From positions 2,068 through 66,067 of the forward strand of contig JAPJQL010000005.1 in assembly GCA_030825115.1 (NCBI GenBank): a stretch of 64,000 bases of DNA, in the 5' to 3' direction. Shown here one piece after another: positions 9,317-17,708 of this stretch (position 1 is its first letter; each line of letters begins with the position of its first letter). Made by a program: the position numbers and the translations under genes. The notes beneath the pieces are model-generated. The model was not told the DNA's origin and searched no databases. It saw only the letters and a program-made list of their open reading frames with translations. This stretch comes from Lachnospiraceae bacterium. Lineage in GTDB: Bacteria > Bacillota > Clostridia > Lachnospirales > Lachnospiraceae.

Positions 9317-10695
9317 AGATACAGATCGGCAGTGAGATCCGGGTAAAGGATGCGCCAAAGGAACTGTATGACTGGTGCAGTGAGAACCTGATCATCCCAA
9401 ATCCGGAATACGCCAACCGGGCGCGCAGGGGAATGTGGCTGGGAAACACGCCACAGTACTTATGGCTCTACTGGGTGGATGGCAGCGACCTGGTGCTGCC
9501 GGTGGGAGTCGGGAGGCAGATACGGCAGTTCATGGCGCCAAGTGATACGGTTGAGGTAGATCTGGCAGATAACGGGATCCTGGAGTATCCAGGGAATGTC
9601 CCGCTGTATGATTACCAGGAGCCGGCAGTCCGGGAGATGGCAAAGCAGAACTGCGGGATACTGCAAAGCCCCTGCGGATCAGGCAAGACCCAGATGGGGA
9701 TCGCACTGGCGGCCAGGCTGTCCAGGAAGACGCTGTGGGTCACACACACCCAGGACCTGCTTACCCAGTCGCTTAGCCGTGCGGCGCAGTACTTCCCGCG
9801 GACATCACTGGGGACCATTACAGCCGGTAAAGTTGATATCGGCAGCCACATGACCTTTGCCACGGTACAGACGCTCTGCAAGCTGGACCTGGCAAAATAC
9901 CGGGACACATGGGATGTGGTCATCGTGGATGAGTGCCACCGGCTGGCTGGGACGCCGAACCAAGTGACCATGTTTTACAGGGTCATGAACAGTCTGGCGG
10001 CCCGGTATAAGTATGGTCTGAGTGCCACGGTGCACCGGTCGGATGGCATGATCAAGAGTACCTTTGCCGTCCTGGGGACGGTGGCTTACCAGGTGCCGGA
10101 TGAGGCGGTGGCGGAAAAGACCATGCAGGTGAGGATATTACGGCGGGAAACAGGGACCACGACCAGCCGTGAGTGCCTGGATACCGACGGGACGATGGAT
10201 TACAGCAAACTGATCGAGTACCTGACAGGAAGCACAGAGCGGTGCGTGGTGATTGTAGGTGACCTGATCCAGAACAGTGATCATTACAACCTGATCCTGT
10301 CTGACCGCCTGGAGCATTTAAGGGCGCTCAAAGCAGCACTGCCGGAACGCCTGCAGGGACAGGCGGCAATGATCGATGGCAGCATGACCAGCAAGCGGGC
10401 GCGGGCTGAGCGGATCCGTGCCATTGAGGATATACGGGCTGGCCGGAAGCATTATCTGTTTGCCAGTTACTCCCTTGCAAAGGAGGGGCTGGACATCCCG
10501 CGGCTTGACCGGTTATATATGACGATGCCGAAGAAGGATTACGCGGTGGTGACCCAGAGCATCGGGCGGATCGCCAGGGTGGCGGACGGCAAGGCGGATG
10601 CGGTGTGCTATGACTATGTGGACAGCATCGCGTTCTGTGAGAACCAGTGGAAGCGCCGGAGGGCGCATTACCGGAAAGCGGGGTGTGAATTATGA
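9307..10695 (+). CDS. SF2 DEAD/DEAH-box helicase
   Basis: PCGSGKT, DECH, SAT, EGLD, QSIGRIAR. Confidence 0.93.
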   Translation: MWMKIQIGSEIRVKDAPKELYDWCSENLIIPNPEYANRARRGMWLGNTPQYLWLYWVDGSDLVLPVGVGRQIRQFMAPSDTVEVDLADNGILEYPGNVPLYDYQEPAVREMAKQNCGILQSPCGSGKTQMGIALAARLSRKTLWVTHTQDLLTQSLSRAAQYFPRTSLGTITAGKVDIGSHMTFATVQTLCKLDLAKYRDTWDVVIVDECHRLAGTPNQVTMFYRVMNSLAARYKYGLSATVHRSDGMIKSTFAVLGTVAYQVPDEAVAEKTMQVRILRRETGTTTSRECLDTDGTMDYSKLIEYLTGSTERCVVIVGDLIQNSDHYNLILSDRLEHLRALKAALPERLQGQAAMIDGSMTSKRARAERIRAIEDIRAGRKHYLFASYSLAKEGLDIPRLDRLYMTMPKKDYAVVTQSIGRIARVADGKADAVCYDYVDSIAFCENQWKRRRAHYRKAGCEL

Positions 10696-10907
10696 GCCGG
10701 ATGGAAGACCAGAAAAAACTGGCACAGGGGGCTTGGAGCGATTCCTGGCTGTTTTATCTGAAATACCATGGGAAGCCAGCAGAGCCTGGGATGTGGGAGG
10801 AAGCCACGAAGGATTTTGGTGAGATCATGAAAAAGTATCAAGGGGCGACGGTGTGTGCCAGGCTGATGCTGGCGGCGTTCTCGCTCCTGGAAGAGGAGAC
10901 CAGGTAA
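10692..10907 (+). CDS. Hypothetical protein
   Basis: Coupled ORF. Confidence 0.65.
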   Translation: MSRMEDQKKLAQGAWSDSWLFYLKYHGKPAEPGMWEEATKDFGEIMKKYQGATVCARLMLAAFSLLEEETR

Positions 10908-10920
10908 AGGGGGTGGTTCC

Positions 10921-12543
10921 ATGCTGGATAATAATATAGCGGGATATCTGCCTTGTATCTGCGGAGGGAAGGCAAGACTGGTGGTATGCGGCGTAGGAAG
11001 CTATGTGCGCTGTCCGGAGTGTGATGCTGCAACGTATATGTGCACAACTGGGGAAGATGCACTGCAGAAATGGAAAGAAAGACAGGAGAAGACCATGAAG
11101 GAAGATAATCAAAAGATAGTATATATCGGACTTGATCAGATATATCCTCATCCGGATAACCCAAGAAAGAACCTGGGGGATTTAGAAGAGCTGGCAGATT
11201 CAATCCGAAAAAATGGCGTGATGCAGAACCTGACTGTTGTTCCAGGGCATTGGATCACGGATGAAGAGTACTATGAGATATGCGGAAAGTTCAGTCAGGA
11301 CCCCAGTGAGGGATTACGGAAGATCATGAATAAACGCTGGATGCCGGATGGCTATACATTGATCATTGGACACCGCCGGTGCGCGGCAGCCAGACAGGCC
11401 GGACTGGAAAAGGTGCCATGCCGCATCGTGGAGGATATGGACAAGAAGGACCAGGTCGGGACGATGCTGGAAGAAAATATGCAGAGGAACGACCTTACCG
11501 TGTATGAGCAGGCGCAGGGATTCCAGATGATGCTTGACCTGGGCGAAACGGAAGAGACCATTGCGGACAAGACCGGGTTCAGCAGGACAACGGTCCGCCG
11601 CCGGTTAAACATTGCAAAACTGGACCAGAAGGAGCTGCAAAAGAAGGAGCAGGATGAATCCTTCCAGATGAGCCTAAAGGATCTCTATGCGCTTGAGCAG
11701 GTGGAGGATATCAAGACCAGGAATAAGATCCTGAAGGAAGCATCCTCCTCTAGGGACCTGATCTGGAGGGCCCAGCAGGCGGCGGCCGATGCAGAGCGGG
11801 ACAAGAAAAAGGATCAGATCATAAAGCTGCTTGAAAAGGCAGGGATCAGGAAAGCACCAGCTGCAGCTGAAAATGAGCGGTACAGCGGGAAATGGGAGGT
11901 TATCAAAGACTACGACCTTGACAAGGGCGTTCCGAAGCAAATCAAACTGCCTAAGAAAGAGGGAACGATATATTACCTTTGCCTCCCATATTACCGGAGA
12001 GTCAGCGTCATTACGAAAGCCGCAAAAAAACCGGAGACAGAATGGGAGAAGGCCCGTAAAGAACAGAAAAAGCGGGAGAAAGAGATAGATGCCCGGATGA
12101 AGGCCCTGAATGCCCGCAGGCATGATTTTATCGCGAACATCATTTCCGGCAAGATAGAGCCGGTTAAAGAGGAGGCAGAGATCCGGGAGGCGGTATGGCG
12201 GGCCTTGATGCAGAGCGGAGGAGTGTATCTATCCGAATCCAGTATGAGAAAATTCTTCACCGGTAAGGAAGATTATAACTGTGCATCGGAGGAGATAGAG
12301 GATGCAAACAAGAAATTTCGGGATTGTTCTTTCCTGCATCAGATGCTGACAGTACTTAACTACAAGATAGATAATAATGGAAATATGTATGATTATAATG
12401 GCAAATACAATGATAACCGCGGAGAGTTCATGCTGCAGTGCTACCGTATCCTGGCGAGGTATGGCTGGACCTTTGAGGATGACGAGGAACTGCTGCTGAA
12501 TGGAACACATGAATTGTATACCAAGGAAACGGAGCAATCTTAA
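10921..12543 (+). CDS. ParB/Srx-domain protein with N-terminal Lar-like zinc ribbon
   Basis: PHPDNPRK, IIGHRR, EENMQR and HTH; N-terminal CxC...CPEC. Confidence 0.85.
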   Translation: MLDNNIAGYLPCICGGKARLVVCGVGSYVRCPECDAATYMCTTGEDALQKWKERQEKTMKEDNQKIVYIGLDQIYPHPDNPRKNLGDLEELADSIRKNGVMQNLTVVPGHWITDEEYYEICGKFSQDPSEGLRKIMNKRWMPDGYTLIIGHRRCAAARQAGLEKVPCRIVEDMDKKDQVGTMLEENMQRNDLTVYEQAQGFQMMLDLGETEETIADKTGFSRTTVRRRLNIAKLDQKELQKKEQDESFQMSLKDLYALEQVEDIKTRNKILKEASSSRDLIWRAQQAAADAERDKKKDQIIKLLEKAGIRKAPAAAENERYSGKWEVIKDYDLDKGVPKQIKLPKKEGTIYYLCLPYYRRVSVITKAAKKPETEWEKARKEQKKREKEIDARMKALNARRHDFIANIISGKIEPVKEEAEIREAVWRALMQSGGVYLSESSMRKFFTGKEDYNCASEEIEDANKKFRDCSFLHQMLTVLNYKIDNNGNMYDYNGKYNDNRGEFMLQCYRILARYGWTFEDDEELLLNGTHELYTKETEQS

Positions 12544-12563
12544 GATCAGAGGAGGGTAAAGAT

Positions 12564-13000
12564 ATGTTCGTAAAACAGGTCGATATGAACGAGGCATTCC
12601 GCCTGGCAATAGCCGGGCAGGAAGTCAAGGTATTGGTTCCGACAGGACCGGGAAATGGATGGGCGTGCATGGAGCCGGATACCCTGCAGAACATACTGGG
12701 GGATGTGATGTTCTTCCGGTCGGAGCCCGCAATGAGATCATCGGAACTGGTTGACGCACTGCAGACAGCCCCCCCAACGCTGATGGAGCAGCTGCAGGAA
12801 CTGCCGGAGGCACCGCGGAACCGCCCAGCAAGCGTGTGGGTCCCGGTGGCAAACGGAAGCCGGTAGACACGGGGAAGATCCTGGCGCTGCATAATGCTGG
12901 GTGGACGAATAAGGCGATCGCGGAGGAAATGAAGATGAGCGAAAAGATGGTGTGGTATTACATCGACAAGGCGAGAAAGGGGAGGCAGGATGGACAATAA
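12564..13000 (+). CDS. Hypothetical protein whose C-terminal HTH lies in the -1 frame after a C7 tract
   Basis: Frame 0 stops at 12866; -1 frame from C7 (12769-12775) reads to 13000 with DTGKILALHNAGWTNKAIAEEM. Confidence 0.6.
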
Positions 13001-13172
13001 TATGAGGAATCGGATTTATAACAAGGCGGATATGCTTGAAGGTTGTAAAAATCGGATGTGCGTGACGGACGATGAAAAAGAATTATCACGGCTGTATGTC
13101 GGCTTAAATCTGTATGCGGCAGATCTGTTTAATATGAACCTTAAGCGGATACGTGATAAGGCAAATTATTGA
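12990..13172 (+). CDS. Hypothetical protein
   Basis: RBS GGAGG. Confidence 0.6.
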   Translation: MDNNMRNRIYNKADMLEGCKNRMCVTDDEKELSRLYVGLNLYAADLFNMNLKRIRDKANY

Positions 13173-13186
13173 AGAGGAGGTTTAGC

Positions 13187-13402
13187 ATGAATAATCAAAA
13201 AATGATTGAAAAAACGCATGAGATTACGGATCAGTTAGAACGTGAAGCATCGATAAGGTTAAATAAAGAGCAGGCTTACTATAAAGGATATGTTCAGGCT
13301 TGTGAGGATTTTGGACGTAGAGTACGTGGCGCAATCATACAGGAAGCTGGAGCTGATGCCGGGCAGTACGCAGATAACCCTACGCTTCAGTCAGCAACGT
13401 GA
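13187..13402 (+). CDS. Hypothetical protein
   Basis: RBS GGAGG. Confidence 0.6.
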   Translation: MNNQKMIEKTHEITDQLEREASIRLNKEQAYYKGYVQACEDFGRRVRGAIIQEAGADAGQYADNPTLQSAT

Positions 13403-13424
13403 AAATTAGGATTTGGAGGTGTAT

Positions 13425-13625
13425 ATGAAAAATTATGAGCAGTTGCATGATGACGCGCTGGATTATGAGATGGATATTGAGACAGATGTTGAAATGTTGA
13501 TCGAAAAAAGATTGAAGATGTACCGTGAGAAAGATGCAGCAGTTTTAAAAGAGATCCTTCCTGCGCTTAATGCAATTACACATGATGTAGAGCGGTACAA
13601 AGAGTGGATTCAGAAACAGAATTAA
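13425..13625 (+). CDS. Hypothetical protein
   Basis: RBS GGAGGT. Confidence 0.6.
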   Translation: MKNYEQLHDDALDYEMDIETDVEMLIEKRLKMYREKDAAVLKEILPALNAITHDVERYKEWIQKQN

Positions 13626-13644
13626 GATTTAAAGGAAAAAGAAC

Positions 13645-13818
13645 ATGACTAAAATAAAACAATTCTTATGTGGAATACTTACTCATCATCGTTTTAGAGA
13701 CGGTGAGATGGAGAGGAATTACAATTCAGATACACATGAGATTACAATAACAGAAACATGTTGTCGTTGCGGGAAGAAGTTTTTCTTTACGGCACATGAG
13801 AGCAAATTCGGGTTATAA
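13645..13818 (+). CDS. Small putative zinc-binding protein (57 aa)
   Basis: Hand translation MTKIKQFLCGILTHH...CCRCGKK. Confidence 0.55.
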   Translation: MTKIKQFLCGILTHHRFRDGEMERNYNSDTHEITITETCCRCGKKFFFTAHESKFGL

Positions 13819-13842
13819 ATTAAGATTTCAAGGAGAAACGAA

Positions 13843-14142
13843 ATGAGATTGATTGATGCGGATGCGTTGTTAGAAAAATTACGTGGGGACATATCTGTTG
13901 ACGTGACACCAGCGTTGGAGGATGCGATTAACTTGTTTCCGACAACATCGGAAAAGGTCATGAAAGCGTATTTCAAGGTTGAAAACTGGTTGTATGGCGA
14001 TGGTGAGAAGAAGCCGGTAGAGATTCAGAGCGCAATGCTATGGGGAGCACTGATGGTGGCACATAACCACGGTGACATTGATTGGAATACCATGCTGGGA
14101 CTGTACGGCGAATTTATGAGCAAGAAGATGGATTTGCGTTAG
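13843..14142 (+). CDS. Hypothetical phage protein (MRLIDAD N-terminus)
   Basis: N-terminal motif common in Firmicutes phages; RBS. Confidence 0.7.
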   Translation: MRLIDADALLEKLRGDISVDVTPALEDAINLFPTTSEKVMKAYFKVENWLYGDGEKKPVEIQSAMLWGALMVAHNHGDIDWNTMLGLYGEFMSKKMDLR

Positions 14143-14183
14143 TTCTGGAAACTGAAAGTTTCGTAGCGAAGAAAGGAGACGCA

Positions 14184-14375
14184 TTGAGGAAGCAAAAGAA
14201 ACAACACGCGGAAGTGCTGCAGAAACAGCAGGCGATGGCTGCGAAGGTGGAGATGATGCTGCGGGAGCCGCCGCCGAAGACCTGGAGCGCACGGATGCCG
14301 GCGTACTGCTTCACGGAGCTGTGCCCGGATTGGGAGCTGCGGAGGTATCCGGCGGATGTGAAACGGCGGAGATAA
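14184..14375 (+). CDS. Hypothetical protein
   Basis: TTG start after AAGGAG. Confidence 0.5.
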   Translation: MRKQKKQHAEVLQKQQAMAAKVEMMLREPPPKTWSARMPAYCFTELCPDWELRRYPADVKRRR

Positions 14376-14396
14376 TGACAGAGGGGAGGGATACCG

Positions 14397-14822
14397 GTGG
14401 ACAAGGCAATACTTGAACAGTACATAGACGCATGCGAGCTGATCAAGGAGACGGAGGCAGATATCCGGCGGGTCAAGAAGCAGCGCAAGACCATCCTGCA
14501 GGATCGGGTGCATGGGTCAATGCATGATTTTCCCTATGCGGCGCAGAGCTTCAAGATCCAGGGGATGGCATATTCTGTCGTGAGCGATCCGGGTGCACTG
14601 GAGGCTTATGAGCGGATTCTGGAGGAGCGCAAGGCACGGGCAGAGGAGATTAAGGTGCAGGTGGAGGCGTGGCTGAACACGGTGCCGCAGAGGATGCAGA
14701 GGATTATCCGGTTTAAGTTCTTCGAGGGACTATCATGGGGTGAAGTGGCGGTTCGCATCGGACGAAAAGCCACAGCGGACGGCGTGAGGATGGAATTTGC
14801 AAATTTTATGAAAGTGTCATAA
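14397..14822 (+). CDS. Late transcriptional activator (ArpU/RinA, sigma-70 region 4-like)
   Basis: IIRFKFFEGLSWGEVA HTH; last early gene before packaging. Confidence 0.75.
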   Translation: MDKAILEQYIDACELIKETEADIRRVKKQRKTILQDRVHGSMHDFPYAAQSFKIQGMAYSVVSDPGALEAYERILEERKARAEEIKVQVEAWLNTVPQRMQRIIRFKFFEGLSWGEVAVRIGRKATADGVRMEFANFMKVS

Positions 14823-14825
14823 ATT

Positions 14826-14867
14826 ATTTCGTATTTTTCGCATTTTTCGTTTTGGAAATGTTATAGT
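14826..14867 (+). promoter_or_regulatory. Putative late promoter with activator repeats
   Basis: TTTCG three times at 9-bp period, then TGnTATAGT extended -10. Confidence 0.55.
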
Positions 14868-14958
14868 ATAGACTGGAAGTACTGAAAAGTGCTTCCGTAT
14901 CCTCCCAAGTTGAACATATACCCTACGGCAGCCGGATGTCACAGTCCGGTTGCTGATT

Positions 14959-15030
14959 GCGGAGCATACCATCAATGGCAGATGGACAGGGTCGCGCCCT
15001 GGGTTTCGGTTCGATTCCGGATGCTGCGCT
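14959..15030 (+). ncRNA. tRNA-like RNA / pseudo-tRNA
   Basis: Cloverleaf: GGAGCAT/ATGCTGC, CCATC-AATGGCA-GATGG, CAGGG-TCGCG-CCCTG, TTCGG-TTCGATT-CCGGA. Confidence 0.6.
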
Positions 15031-15145
15031 TGTAGATGCTTTGGTCATGCTATCAACAAGATGAAGAATGCACCACGGTATCTTTTTCTTTTATCCTCTT
15101 TGTTTTTGGGTTGAAGTTTGGTGTATAATAAAGACAGGAGGATAA

Positions 15146-15325
15146 ATGATGGAGATAATAATGGATTTAATGAATGAAAGCATGAAGATACAGGAGAGTT
15201 ATAGGAAATTACAAAAAGAGGTCGAAGAACCACTGACAAGCTTAATACAAGAAAAGATTGATGCTGAATATGATTTACAGAGCAAGCTCATGGAGATGAT
15301 GCGAGCAAATATTCAAGACCTTTGA
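15146..15325 (+). CDS. Small AT-rich moron ORF (59 aa, coiled-coil-like)
   Basis: TATAAT and AGGAGG upstream; hairpin with T-tract downstream. Confidence 0.55.
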   Translation: MMEIIMDLMNESMKIQESYRKLQKEVEEPLTSLIQEKIDAEYDLQSKLMEMMRANIQDL

Positions 15326-15364
15326 GGAGTCACCCACCAGTGGCTTTTTTTCATACTCAAAACG

Positions 15365-15399
15365 AAAAAGAGGCGACGCCCACCGCGCTGCCTCTTTTT
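15365..15399. terminator. Bidirectional intrinsic terminator
   Basis: AAAAAGAGGC...GCCTCTTTTT. Confidence 0.65.
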
Positions 15400-15444
15400 C
15401 TATATCTCTGTATAAAAATATTTGCATAAATGAGAGAAAAACCA

Positions 15445-15473
15445 TTGACATACGGTGCACCATATGCTATAAT
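15445..15473 (+). promoter_or_regulatory. Consensus sigma-A promoter with palindromic operator in the spacer
   Basis: TTGACA-17-TATAAT with TG; catacGGTGCACCatatg at 15449-15466. Confidence 0.85.
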
Positions 15474-15498
15474 ATATACATAAGGAGGTGAGATACAG

Positions 15499-15618
15499 AT
15501 GAGGGGCGAGAGCCGAAAGAAAAAGCCCGATAGCAAATTCAAGACTTGGCTGGTCGGAATGCTAACGGACTTAGTAGTAGGAATCATCCTACTGATTGTA
15601 TCAAAGCTACTGGAGTAG
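15499..15618 (+). CDS. Small membrane peptide, candidate type I toxin (39 aa)
   Basis: RBS AAGGAGGTG; MRGESRKKKPDSKFKTWLVGMLTDLVVGIILLIVSKLLE. Confidence 0.65.
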   Translation: MRGESRKKKPDSKFKTWLVGMLTDLVVGIILLIVSKLLE

Positions 15619-15681
15619 CGGAGAGGGGCGCAAGCCCTTCTCTTGAAGATAGTATAGCACACTCATCTGTAAAAAATCAAT

Positions 15682-15786
15682 ATGTCAGAGATTTTAAAGT
15701 TCCTTGGTATCTTCTTTATCACCCTGGCGGTTGCCAAGCTGTGTATTGCTTTATACTGCAAGTGGAGGGATGATCGATGCCAGTAG
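15682..15786 (+). CDS. Small hydrophobic peptide (34 aa)
   Basis: MSEILKFLGIFFITLAVAKLCIALYCKWRDDRCQ; no clear RBS. Confidence 0.4.
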   Translation: MSEILKFLGIFFITLAVAKLCIALYCKWRDDRCQ

Positions 15787-15977
15787 GAGACCCGAAGCCG
15801 CAAACGGTTGCGACAAAGAAGTACGAAAAGAAAGTGGGATTTTTAAGTAAGTCCTATAAGCTTAAGCGAGATCTGGTTGACCAGTTCGCAGAGGCTTGCG
15901 ACAAAGCTGGTGTGAGTCAGGCATCACAGCTCACAAAAATGATGACGGCGTTCATTGAGGAGCAGAATAAGCAGTGA
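15777..15977 (+). CDS. Ribbon-helix-helix-like regulator
   Basis: SKSYKLKRDLVDQFAEACDKAGVSQASQL; terminator follows at about 15982-16009. Confidence 0.7.
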   Translation: MPVGDPKPQTVATKKYEKKVGFLSKSYKLKRDLVDQFAEACDKAGVSQASQLTKMMTAFIEEQNKQ

Positions 15978-16045
15978 TACAGGGGCATCCGAGCAGTCGG
16001 GTGCCTTTTACTTGCAGAAATATTATAGCCAGATAGGAAGGTGAG

Positions 16046-17692
16046 GTGATGGCAAACAATGAAAACCTAAACGGACATGGATTTCATGAACGAACAGCGG
16101 AAGAACAGCGAGCAATTGCTATTGCTGGAGGAAAAGCATCAGGAGAAGCAAGAAGACGGAAAGCAGATTTCCGGAAGACGTTGAACATGCTCCTGACGGC
16201 GGAGATTGACAGCCCGGAATGGACTCCGGTCCTGGAAGCCCTGGGTCTTGACAGCACCCTGGAAAGTGCCGTGAATGCTGCCGTCATCAAGAAAGCACTG
16301 GCTGGGAACGTTAGGGCTTACGAGGCAATACGTGATACCCTGGGGCAGACGCTTAAGTCTGATCTGGATATCGAGGAGCAGCTGGCAAAGATAGTCCACC
16401 TGAAATCCCAGGCTAATGCATTACAACCGAATACAGAAAACGACCAACCGGTCAAATACACGGGCATACCATCCAACATGGTGGCTCCGGTATTTGCTCC
16501 GGTTGTTTTTGATATACAGGAACATGGACATACCGAGTATGTTTTCCCAGGTGGACGCGGTTCCACGAAATCATCCTTTATCAGCTTACAGATTATTGAT
16601 CTCATCATGAACAATGACCAGATGCACGCGGTCGTTATGCGTCAGGTTGCGGACACGATGCGCGGTTCTGTATACCAGCAGATTCTGTGGGCGATTGAAG
16701 CCCTGGAGCTGTCAGAAGAATTCCATGCAACCGTCAGCCCCATGGAGATTACCCGAATCAGCACTGGCCAGAAGATCTATTTTCGCGGTGCGGATGACCC
16801 AGGTAAGGTCAAGTCCATCAAGGTGCCATTTGGATACATCGGTATCCTATGGCTGGAGGAGCTTGACCAGTTCGTAGGACCGGAATCAGTCCGTAAGATT
16901 GAGCAGTCCGTTATCCGTGGCGGTGATGTGGCTTATATCTTCAAATCATTCAATCCGCCGAAGACTGCCAGCAACTGGGCTAATAAGTACATTAAGGTGC
17001 CCAAGGCTTCCAGACTGGTGACAGAGAGCAATTATCTACAGGTACCGCCAAAGTGGCTCGGCAAGCCCTTCTTGGATGATGCGGAGTTCCTGAAGGAAAC
17101 CAACCCGGATGCCTACGAGAATGAGTACATGGGTGTTGCCAATGGTAGCGGTGGCAGTGTATTTGATAATGTGACGATCTGTGAAATAACGGATGACGAG
17201 ATAGCACAATTTGACCACATCTTGAACGGTGTTGACTGGGGCTGGTACCCGGATTTATATGCATTTGTGCGGACGAATTACGATCCGGCACGGCATACAC
17301 TTTATATCTGGCAGGAGTATACCTGCAATAAGCAGAGCAACCGGCAGACGGCGGATAAATTGATAGAACTGGGCATCACCGGTAATGACCTGATTACATG
17401 CGACAGTGCAGAGGAGAAATCTGTGGGCGATTATCGAGCATATGGCTTGCTTGCACGCGGAGCCGAGAAAGGACCAGGAAGCCGGGAGTATTCATTTAAG
17501 TGGCTTCAGTCCCTGAAAGAGATTGTGATTGACAATGTACGGTGTCCAATCGCGGCTCAGGAGTTCATGGATTATGAATACGAGCGAGACAAGGAAGGTA
17601 ATGTCATCAGCGGATATCCTGATGGGGACGATCACTGTATCGATGCTACCAGGTACGCCACAAACCGGATCTGGAAGAAGAAAGGCCAGTAA
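16046..17692 (+). CDS. terL: Terminase large subunit (PBSX family) with fused TerS-like N-terminus
   Basis: GGRGSTKS, WLEE, GVDWG, DHCIDATRY; N-terminal AGGKASGEARR. Confidence 0.92.
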   Translation: MMANNENLNGHGFHERTAEEQRAIAIAGGKASGEARRRKADFRKTLNMLLTAEIDSPEWTPVLEALGLDSTLESAVNAAVIKKALAGNVRAYEAIRDTLGQTLKSDLDIEEQLAKIVHLKSQANALQPNTENDQPVKYTGIPSNMVAPVFAPVVFDIQEHGHTEYVFPGGRGSTKSSFISLQIIDLIMNNDQMHAVVMRQVADTMRGSVYQQILWAIEALELSEEFHATVSPMEITRISTGQKIYFRGADDPGKVKSIKVPFGYIGILWLEELDQFVGPESVRKIEQSVIRGGDVAYIFKSFNPPKTASNWANKYIKVPKASRLVTESNYLQVPPKWLGKPFLDDAEFLKETNPDAYENEYMGVANGSGGSVFDNVTICEITDDEIAQFDHILNGVDWGWYPDLYAFVRTNYDPARHTLYIWQEYTCNKQSNRQTADKLIELGITGNDLITCDSAEEKSVGDYRAYGLLARGAEKGPGSREYSFKWLQSLKEIVIDNVRCPIAAQEFMDYEYERDKEGNVISGYPDGDDHCIDATRYATNRIWKKKGQ

Positions 17693-17708
17693 AGGCAGGT
17701 GAGATAGA

